Assembly: GCA_036517255.1 (NCBI GenBank)
Contig: DATDXE010000015.1
Span: forward strand, 14,568 to 78,567
Source: Minisyncoccota bacterium
Lineage (GTDB): Bacteria > Patescibacteriota > Minisyncoccia > Phycocordibacterales > WO2-35-19
Reading direction: 5' to 3'
DNA length: 64,000 nucleotides
Shown here piece by piece: positions 56,989 through 64,000 of this stretch (its first letter is position 1; each line of letters begins with the position of its first letter). A program made the position numbers and the translations under genes. The notes under the pieces were generated by a model. It ran no database searches, was not told the origin of the DNA, and was given only the letters and a program-made list of their open reading frames with translations.

Positions 56989-58312
56989 TGAGGTAGATTA
57001 TATAAACTAGAAACACTACCCACAAAGAAACTGTGGATACAGAAACTGCGGCCAAAGGAACAGCAGAAGCAAGTTCCGAAATTTTGATTATAAATTCAAG
57101 AATAAAGTAGGCCGGAAAAGCTAAGATTTTTGAAATAAAGGGAATAAATCCAAAGATCCCTGAAACCCCGGTAAACAACATAGCAAGAGGCACAAGAGGG
57201 AGCACTAAAAGGTTGACCGGCAAAGAAATAATGGAAAATTGACCAGTCATGTAAATGAGAGCCGGCAAGACAAAAATCTGGGTAGAAACGGTAGCTAAAA
57301 ATATTTCCTTAAAAACTTGCTTCCACTTAAGACTAGTTACCTGTATGTGTGAAAGGAAGCTAAATTTACGTTCGATTATGGGTGAAACGACAATAAGTCC
57401 GAATGTGGCCAAGAAAGAAAGTTGGAACGAGGGGTCATAAAAAAGAATCATCGGGTTCCAAAAAACCATGGCGATACCAGCCACAAACAGAGTACGCAGA
57501 GCGAGAACTGGCCGACCCAGGAATCGAGCAAGTATGGCAAGGAGAGCCATTATGGTAGCCCTCAAAACAGTAGCCGAGAAACCCACGATCAGCGCAAAAG
57601 AAAGCATAAGTATGACTGCAATCAAAAGAGAAATTCCTCTCTTGAGATTAGGAAATTTGCCAAGCGAATATAAAACACCGACCAAGATAATAGTCATGTT
57701 ATATCCAGAAAGAACTACGATGTGAATAATGCCCACTCTTCTAAAGATATCGAGTAGCTCATCGCCAAGCGACTGCTTCACACCTATGGTGATACCGAGA
57801 GCCAAAGAGGCGGAAGGTTCGGGTAAAGCATTTTGAATGTTTTTTATAAAACTGTTTTTTATTTTATACAAAAAAGACAAAAATATATTCCCCTCCCCTC
57901 TCGCCAACACTTCGATCAGTGGTCGGAAAGAAACATAACGAATATCATCTTTGGCTAGATAATTTTCATAATCGAACTCTCTTCCTAAATCACTTTCAAA
58001 ATTTTTTGGAAATTCTATTTTGCCTTTAAATTCAATTGCATCGCCATAATTAAACTCAGGAAATCTTTCTGCCGTGATCAAAATTTTATACTCGCCGAAT
58101 CCTTCTTCGGGCTGAAATATATAACGAGTAGTGGTGTCCCGTACATCTGGTTCTGAAACTATTTTCCCCCTGAGTTCAACCTCACTCGCTACGTACTGAT
58201 CGCTTTCCAAATACAGTGGAGGCAAGGAAAAATAATAGCGAACGATAAAAGCAGTGAGGAGAAGTAAGCTAAATAAAATATTTTTCCTTTGAGCCATCGT
58301 AAAGTTGTACAT
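56936..58312 (-). CDS. comEC: ComEC/Rec2 competence channel domain (DUF4131 + Competence domains)
   Basis: Polytopic; GDELLDIFRRVGIIHIVVLSGYNM conserved region. Its 3' end overlaps the SOD-like gene on the opposite strand. Confidence 0.55.
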   Translation of the reverse strand: MYNFTMAQRKNILFSLLLLTAFIVRYYFSLPPLYLESDQYVASEVELRGKIVSEPDVRDTTTRYIFQPEEGFGEYKILITAERFPEFNYGDAIEFKGKIEFPKNFESDLGREFDYENYLAKDDIRYVSFRPLIEVLARGEGNIFLSFLYKIKNSFIKNIQNALPEPSASLALGITIGVKQSLGDELLDIFRRVGIIHIVVLSGYNMTIILVGVLYSLGKFPNLKRGISLLIAVILMLSFALIVGFSATVLRATIMALLAILARFLGRPVLALRTLFVAGIAMVFWNPMILFYDPSFQLSFLATFGLIVVSPIIERKFSFLSHIQVTSLKWKQVFKEIFLATVSTQIFVLPALIYMTGQFSIISLPVNLLVLPLVPLAMLFTGVSGIFGFIPFISKILAFPAYFILEFIIKISELASAVPLAAVSVSTVSLWVVFLVYIIYLTILWRERNYFQSHPNLN

Positions 58313-58853
58313 TTATTCCATCCGCAAAATCGGTAGCGATTTTGTCGCATCTATTATTTAACTCATTATCAGCATGGCCCCTGACATGATGCCATTCTAC
58401 TTTTCTTTTTTCCGTTTGTTCTAGAAGTTCCTGCCATAAATCTTTATTCAAAACATCTTTCTTAGCTTTAGTTCTCCAACTATTCTTTAGCCAACCTGAG
58501 ATCCACAAGGTAATACCTTTGATTAAATACTCTGAATCAGAGTGGATTTCTATCTCACCTCGCTCGACATTTTCTGATCCAGAAAGTGCTCGAAGAGCCT
58601 CGATCGCCGCCCGGAGTTCCATCCTGTTATTCGTTGTATGGAGATCCCTTCCTCCTATTTCTTTCACTTTTCCAGCTTCAAAAATAATTGCCGCATATCC
58701 CCCCGGCCCAGGGTTTCCCTTCGACGACCCGTCAGTATAAATAGTGATTTTTTCTATTTTTATTTTTTTATTAGGAAAAATTTCAGCGTATCCAGTTCCT
58801 CTAGAACCAGTGAGCTGTCCATTAAGTCTTTTTTGTCTTTCCTCGTCATTCAT
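58269..58853 (-). CDS. rnhA: Ribonuclease HI (with N-terminal extension of about 40 aa)
   Basis: IYTDGSSKGNPGPGGYAAI...TNNRMEL...SDSEY...GH.DNE..D. Confidence 0.7.
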   Translation of the reverse strand: MNDEERQKRLNGQLTGSRGTGYAEIFPNKKIKIEKITIYTDGSSKGNPGPGGYAAIIFEAGKVKEIGGRDLHTTNNRMELRAAIEALRALSGSENVERGEIEIHSDSEYLIKGITLWISGWLKNSWRTKAKKDVLNKDLWQELLEQTEKRKVEWHHVRGHADNELNNRCDKIATDFADGINVQLYDGSKEKYFI

Positions 58854-58874
58854 AAAATAATTTTATCACATGTA

Positions 58875-58970
58875 AAATAACACCCCCTAGCCCCCTCTTA
58901 ATATAAGAGGGGGTAACCGAGCTCTAGAGTATCGCGCCCCTCTCTTAGAGTAAGAGAGGGGTTGGGTGAG
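58875..58970. repeat. Two tandem, related GC hairpins (CCCCTCT..AGAGGGG) between recJ and rnhA
   Basis: cccctcttaatataagaggggg and cccctctcttagagtaagagagggg. Confidence 0.45.
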
Positions 58971-58977
58971 TTATTTA

Positions 58978-60696
58978 TTATTGAAAAAAATCGACAATAC
59001 GTAGGCGGGTTTCAGTGCGGCCGCCGAAGAAGGATTTTTCGAGGTTGGCAACCAAATTTGTAGCTCGGCCCTCTTGAAGACTGCCGCCATATGAATCGGG
59101 AGTAGAGAAGAAGCTTATGGCCCGCGCGGTGTAAGATCTATCACGCAATAAAACCTCGGTATGTTCTTTAGCTTTACCAAAACTAGAGACTTTTTCAGCG
59201 ACAACATTATTAAAAATGAAAACTGGTTTTTCGTTGCCTATTCCAAAAGGAGCAAGCTTATTTATTTTATCCGCTACTCCGCTATTCACGTCTTTTATTT
59301 TCAATTCCATGTCAACAAAAACTTCTGCGCCTGAAATACTGCGATTGATCGCAGTATTCAAACTAGCGTTTATAATCGCTTCTTCAAGAGTGTGGATCAT
59401 TTCATTACTGACCGAAAAGCCTCCCGACATTTTATGGCCGCCAAACTCGAGAAAATGGCTGCCGACCCGTTCCATCAAAGCGACAAGATCGGTCACTCCT
59501 TCGGAACGACATGACCCTTTTATTTCATCGCTTCCCCCTCGTCCCCAAAGGAAAACTGGCCTATTGTATTCTTCGACTATGGAATTAGCCGCTAGACCAA
59601 GGAGGGAAGGCCGCCACTCGGGGTTACCAAGCACAATCACCGGCTTCTCTCCATAACTCTCAAATCTATGGGCAATATGTTTTTTGGCTTCTTTTACAAT
59701 GCCGGCTACGACACCTTTACGTTCATTATTTATTGAATCGAGATGTTTTGCTATCGCTTCAGCTCTACCTTCATCGCTCTCTACTAAAAGTTCGAAGGCA
59801 TCACGAGGTTTACCCATCCTCGAAGCGGCATTGATACGAGGGGTTATCATAAAAGAAATATCATCTTCAGAAAGGGTAGCTCCGTTCATCCTCAAAATAG
59901 AATACAGTTTTTGCAAGCCTGGGCGACGAGTCTTACGAAGGACTTGTAAGCCGTAATACGATAAGACTCTATTCTCCCCCATAAGAGGCACCATGTCAGA
60001 GAGAGTAGCTAGGCCTACCAAATCAAGCAGCCATTTCTCCTGGCCCGCTTTTAGTAAACTCCTTTTCTTAATTAGAATTGCTTCTATCAATTTCCAAATA
60101 ACGCCAGAGCCACAGAGCACCCGCTCTGGATATTTAGAATCTTTCAATTTTGGGTTTATGATCGCGAATGCATCGGGCAATTCTGAACCTGGCTTGCCCG
60201 ACGAAGCTTTAGCGGAGGCGGGCTCATGGTGATCTGTAATTATCACCTCCATGCCCAACTCTTTAGCCATTGCAACTTCCTTCAAATTCCTAATTCCACA
60301 ATCAACTGTAATTATTAAATTAATGCTTTCTTCTTTAAATCTTTCCATACCTTCTATATTCAAGCCGTATCCTTCGTCATGTCTGTCGGGAATATAATTT
60401 ATAAAATTGCTGAAACCTATTAACTTAAAAAAGTCGTGGAGAAGTGCTCCTCCGGGTATACCATCGGCATCATAATCGCTCCATATAGCTACCTTTTCAC
60501 CTTTATTTATCGCTCTCAATATCCTCTCTACCGCTTTTTCCATATCAGGCAAAAGAAATGGATCGTGCATATGTGCCTCAAAATCAGGCTTTAGGAATTT
60601 CTCCTTTTCTTCTTTGTCCAATATGCCCCTATTATGTAAAAGTTGTTCCACCAAATCATCTGAAACCTTTTCTTTCACGGTATACTTTTTCTGCAT
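58978..60696 (-). CDS. recJ: Single-stranded-DNA-specific exonuclease RecJ (DHH/DHHA1)
   Basis: DYDADGI; ITDHH motifs. Confidence 0.7.
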   Translation of the reverse strand: MQKKYTVKEKVSDDLVEQLLHNRGILDKEEKEKFLKPDFEAHMHDPFLLPDMEKAVERILRAINKGEKVAIWSDYDADGIPGGALLHDFFKLIGFSNFINYIPDRHDEGYGLNIEGMERFKEESINLIITVDCGIRNLKEVAMAKELGMEVIITDHHEPASAKASSGKPGSELPDAFAIINPKLKDSKYPERVLCGSGVIWKLIEAILIKKRSLLKAGQEKWLLDLVGLATLSDMVPLMGENRVLSYYGLQVLRKTRRPGLQKLYSILRMNGATLSEDDISFMITPRINAASRMGKPRDAFELLVESDEGRAEAIAKHLDSINNERKGVVAGIVKEAKKHIAHRFESYGEKPVIVLGNPEWRPSLLGLAANSIVEEYNRPVFLWGRGGSDEIKGSCRSEGVTDLVALMERVGSHFLEFGGHKMSGGFSVSNEMIHTLEEAIINASLNTAINRSISGAEVFVDMELKIKDVNSGVADKINKLAPFGIGNEKPVFIFNNVVAEKVSSFGKAKEHTEVLLRDRSYTARAISFFSTPDSYGGSLQEGRATNLVANLEKSFFGGRTETRLRIVDFFQ

Positions 60697-60768
60697 TTCA
60701 GTATCATAGCATTTGTTTTCCTCCCCCTGCTAAGGGGGAGGTGCCGAAGGCGGAGGGGGTGTTATAAT

Positions 60769-61140
60769 TTGACCATGCAAGACTGTATTTTCTGCAAGAT
60801 AGTAAAAAGTGAATTACCTTCATACAAAGTATATGAGGATAATGATTTTTTGGCTTTTTTAGATATTAATCCCCTTTCCCCAGGCCACTGTCAAATAATA
60901 CCAAAAGAACATTGCCGCTGGGTTTGGGATTATCCTGAAGCAGGAAAATATTTTGAGATTGTAAAAAAAATCGCTCTCGCAGAGCAAAAAGCTTTTCAAA
61001 CAGAATCAATATTAGTAAAAATAGACGGGCAAGATGTTCACCACGCTCATATCTGGGTCTACCCCCACCAATCTACCCCAGGAGATGCGAAAGATTTTAA
61101 ACAGAATTTAGAGCTTCTATCCCAGGCAATGTCCCAGTAG
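60769..61140 (+). CDS. HIT family (histidine triad) protein
   Basis: HHAHIWV histidine triad. Confidence 0.65.
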   Translation: MTMQDCIFCKIVKSELPSYKVYEDNDFLAFLDINPLSPGHCQIIPKEHCRWVWDYPEAGKYFEIVKKIALAEQKAFQTESILVKIDGQDVHHAHIWVYPHQSTPGDAKDFKQNLELLSQAMSQ

Positions 61141-62107
61141 CTAGAAAGTCGAGCATGGCACCCCCAGAGGAGGAGACGAAAGTAAATTTATCTTTAATAC
61201 CCAGCTCTTTTATGACAGCCAAAGTATCGCCTCCCCCCACTACTACTTCGGCTTGACCCGAAGCACAAATTTCAGAAAGCATCAGTGCTAATTTTTTAGT
61301 TCCCTCTGTAAGCCCTTCCTCATATTTACCAAGTGGCCCGTTCCAGAGAATAAATTTTGAATTTGTAATTTTTAAGTTTAAAACTTCAAGAGTTTCTTGA
61401 TTGGCATCAAGAGCAGCCACGTCGCCAACAGGCAAATTAATTTTGGGGTTATTTACGAGCTCAGTTTCTGAAGCAGGTTTAGCAATAGCCCCAAGTACAA
61501 AAACCTGATCAGCTACTTTCAAAAATTTTTCAATCAAAGGTATTTTGGTTTCAAATTTTGCCCCTCCCAATATAAATATGAACGGATGCGCTGGACTCAA
61601 AGCTTTTGAAAGATTTTGATACTCCTCCATAAAATAGATACCAGCATACGAAGGCAATAATTTAGGGACACCTATTATAGAAGCGTAGGCTCTGTGTGAC
61701 TCCGAAAAAGCATCATTCACATACAACTCCGCTTTGCTGGCCAATTTTTCAGCAAAATCTTCCTCATTCTTTTTTTCGCCCTCCCATTTTCTTATATTTT
61801 CTAAAACTACAAGTTTTGCCTCTGGAATAGCCTCAAGATCATCACAAAAAACTGCTGGTACTTTACTCCCAAAGTATTCGAAAGCCGGTTTTAAGGACTC
61901 TCCCTCCTTTGTAATATGACTTACGATTAAAATTTTGCCTCCTCTATCTAGAATATAATTTATGGTCGCAAGCGAATTATCTATCCTCTCTGGATCGAGT
62001 ACCTCTCCATCTCGGACTGGCACATTCCAATCGACCCTCAAAAGTACTCTTTTCCCTTCAAAATTTTGTATTTCGGTAATTGATTTCATTGATTTTAAAT
62101 ACCTCAC
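61097..62107 (-). CDS. pgk: Phosphoglycerate kinase (short form; the start may be Met at 62089)
   Basis: KRVLLRVDWNVP N-terminus; GGGDT-like C-terminal region. Confidence 0.7.
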   Translation of the reverse strand: MRYLKSMKSITEIQNFEGKRVLLRVDWNVPVRDGEVLDPERIDNSLATINYILDRGGKILIVSHITKEGESLKPAFEYFGSKVPAVFCDDLEAIPEAKLVVLENIRKWEGEKKNEEDFAEKLASKAELYVNDAFSESHRAYASIIGVPKLLPSYAGIYFMEEYQNLSKALSPAHPFIFILGGAKFETKIPLIEKFLKVADQVFVLGAIAKPASETELVNNPKINLPVGDVAALDANQETLEVLNLKITNSKFILWNGPLGKYEEGLTEGTKKLALMLSEICASGQAEVVVGGGDTLAVIKELGIKDKFTFVSSSGGAMLDFLATGTLPGIEALNSV

Positions 62108-62116
62108 CCCAGAACC

Positions 62117-62941
62117 TTACCTTCTTTTCTTTATTTTCAGTTTCTTTTCTTTTTTCTCCTCATCAACAATATTTAAAATTCTGGAAAATTCTTCTACCTC
62201 GAGAGAAGCATGCCCGACGAGAAAACCGACGACATCCCCCTTTTCTATAATATCCCTGGCATTTTCATCCTCCACTGAACCACCATAAATGATACGCGCT
62301 CCCCAACCAAAATCTTTACCGAAAATTTCAGAAAGAGTTTTTCTGATAAAAAGAGCCATCTCATGCATATCAGTACCTGAGAGAGAGTCCTTATAGGAGT
62401 GCCCGATAGCCCATACTGGTTCGTAACAAATGATACAATCCATGATAAATTTCTTTTGCAATCCGGAAAAAGTATTTATGAGTTGAGTTCTTATTTTATT
62501 TAAATAAGCTCCTTCGATATCCCTCTCCTCTTCGCCTATGCAAACAATGGGAGTAATGCCATGGCGCAATGAGTTTTGGATCTTCTCCTTCACTATTTCA
62601 TCCGATTCTCCCATTTCACGCCTCTCCGAATGACCGAGAATAACGTACCTAGTTTTATATTGTTTCAAAGCAAGAGCTGAAACTTCTCCAGTAAACGGAC
62701 CTGAATCCTTTTCATGCGCATTTTGGGCCCCCAAAAACAGGTTTTTGGAAGGTAATAATTTTGATAAGAAGGGAATGTGTATAAAAGAAGGAGCTACTAC
62801 TACTTCCGTTCGCTTCAACTTTTTTGTTTTCCTTTTTATCTTCTGGAAAAGATCCCTCGCCTCTTCCAAACTAGTAGGGTTCATCTTCCAGTTAGCGATA
62901 ATAATATTGCGCTTCTTTATCATACCCTCATGATAGCGCAA
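62117..62941 (-). CDS. tpiA: Triose-phosphate isomerase
   Basis: IIANWKMN; YEPVWAIG; GGS motifs. Confidence 0.7.
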   Translation of the reverse strand: MRYHEGMIKKRNIIIANWKMNPTSLEEARDLFQKIKRKTKKLKRTEVVVAPSFIHIPFLSKLLPSKNLFLGAQNAHEKDSGPFTGEVSALALKQYKTRYVILGHSERREMGESDEIVKEKIQNSLRHGITPIVCIGEEERDIEGAYLNKIRTQLINTFSGLQKKFIMDCIICYEPVWAIGHSYKDSLSGTDMHEMALFIRKTLSEIFGKDFGWGARIIYGGSVEDENARDIIEKGDVVGFLVGHASLEVEEFSRILNIVDEEKKEKKLKIKKRR

Positions 62942-62994
62942 TAATTTTCAATTACCAATTTTGAAAATTATAAATTGAAAATTGAAAATTCTGG

Positions 62995-64000
62995 TCATAT
63001 TTCTTTCCAACTCAATATTTCATACTGATCAGAGGTGAGGGGGAAAGAAGGTGGTGGACCATAAAGAAGATTGGCATCATAATTGATATTTCTAGTTCCA
63101 TATCCAGTACTATCAGTGTAAGCAAATCCATAACGCTGATATGTCGCTATCATTCCATAAAGAGTAATGGTGCTTCTGACATAATTTGAGCCGCAACTAC
63201 TATTGTAGTAATACCTGCCCACTCGACCATTCTGCGACACTATAGCCGCATCAATTATTAAATCATTTTCCGAAACTAGCCCCACATTAAAATTGCCTTG
63301 GGCAATAAGAGCGATAACATCACTACCATTATAGTTAGTATATTTTAAATCATTATTTACTGTAAATTGTGGCCTGTTTGAAGGGTTATCGGGAAACCTG
63401 CCATTTGCGATAGTCGCTCTTGCCGTATTTATCGTCCCTTCAACCCATACATTATCTTCTATGAAAATCAGTCCGTTAGCTGGTATTGCATAGTTACCGA
63501 CAAGTGTTTTGTTATTGATACTCCAAGTGCCCCAGCCAGTTTGAGTAGAACTGCAACCACTTTGAGGATTTATTTGCGAAGTTACAGTGTAAAGATCGAA
63601 AGTGTCATTGGTTTTTAAAATAATTTGATAACCCTGACTACCTGATGCGGCAAAATATCGACCGCTAGCTTGCGCATTTGCTTTTATAGTCGACAGGTCA
63701 CTCGTCAGCCCCACAAAATCGACAGCTGGTACCGGAAACTGTCTGCCTGCTTCGAAGATGTCAGCCCTAGTCGGCACGGGCGTAGTCGGTGGCGCTTCAT
63801 TAGAACGAAAAGTGTCGTTTACTCCACTTCCTGGAGGAGCGTTCACATGGGTATGGACACCAAATTCATTATTACCCGTATGATCAGGATCATCCATGCT
63901 TTGCACTGCTGCAGTCACTGCGTTGTGAGCCAAACCATCGAAACGAAGTCCTTGGTTTACATGTATTGGCCCAAAAACTTCCGTACCCTGACCAAAACGC
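62995..64000 (-). CDS. Partial (C-terminal part) secreted Thr/Asn/Gly-rich protein; the ORF continues past the window end
   Basis: Open frame runs to the edge; no motif recognised. Confidence 0.3.
   Translation of the reverse strand, partial: RFGQGTEVFGPIHVNQGLRFDGLAHNAVTAAVQSMDDPDHTGNNEFGVHTHVNAPPGSGVNDTFRSNEAPPTTPVPTRADIFEAGRQFPVPAVDFVGLTSDLSTIKANAQASGRYFAASGSQGYQIILKTNDTFDLYTVTSQINPQSGCSSTQTGWGTWSINNKTLVGNYAIPANGLIFIEDNVWVEGTINTARATIANGRFPDNPSNRPQFTVNNDLKYTNYNGSDVIALIAQGNFNVGLVSENDLIIDAAIVSQNGRVGRYYYNSSCGSNYVRSTITLYGMIATYQRYGFAYTDSTGYGTRNINYDANLLYGPPPSFPLTSDQYEILSWKEI

Noticed and set aside
62941-62995. Short ATTGAAA tandem repeats upstream of tpiA
   Set aside because: Only about 3 imperfect copies in AT-rich intergenic DNA, likely low-complexity promoter sequence.
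1-64000. CRISPR arrays
   Set aside because: No regularly spaced direct repeats were seen anywhere in the window.

Overview
This is an AT-rich bacterial chromosomal segment, roughly one-third GC by eye. Several traits suggest a CPR/Patescibacteria-like organism (inference only): a 16S rRNA gene interrupted by a LAGLIDADG-encoding intervening sequence, an unlinked 16S gene, a split comEC, and compact gene spacing.

Layout:
- 0.1-26 kb: a very large surface-glycan locus. It holds many GT2/GT4/GT-C glycosyltransferases, several SAM methyltransferases, a DegT aminotransferase, a sugar C-methyltransferase, two SDR epimerase/dehydratases, an AsnB homolog, a polyprenyl-P sugar synthase with a GT-C partner, a CE4 deacetylase-methyltransferase fusion and a DinJ/YafQ toxin-antitoxin pair.
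- 26-29 kb: a VirD4/TraG-like ATPase and a secreted TIM-barrel-like protein.
- 29.8-33.5 kb: a GIY-YIG protein, tRNA-Ile(GAU), and a stand-alone 16S rRNA gene (minus strand) carrying an intervening sequence of about 0.9 kb that encodes a LAGLIDADG endonuclease, plus a V7 expansion.
- 33.8-38 kb: a membrane protein, secF, secD and a polyprenyl glycosylphosphotransferase.
- 38-46.9 kb: the S10/spc ribosomal protein cluster (rpsJ-rplC-rplD-rplW-rplB // rpsS-rplV-rpsC-rplP-rpmC-rpsQ-rplN-rplX-rplE) on the minus strand. It is split between rplB and rpsS by a 2.4 kb GC-rich plus-strand island of three signal-peptide/PEP-CTERM genes, each with a conserved promoter-like motif and hairpin terminator.
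- 46.9-55.5 kb: tuf, an inserted 99-aa and 881-aa protein of unknown function, fusA, rpsG, rpsL, an S2P protease and rpmB.
- 55.5-64 kb: a split comEC, an SOD-like gene, rnhA, recJ, a HIT gene, pgk, tpiA and a partial secreted protein.

Most notable:
- The PEP-CTERM island sits inside the r-protein operon, with no exosortase visible in the window.
- Four small GC-rich genes with foreign codon usage are each packaged with a near-consensus sigma70 promoter, a Shine-Dalgarno site and a GC hairpin terminator.
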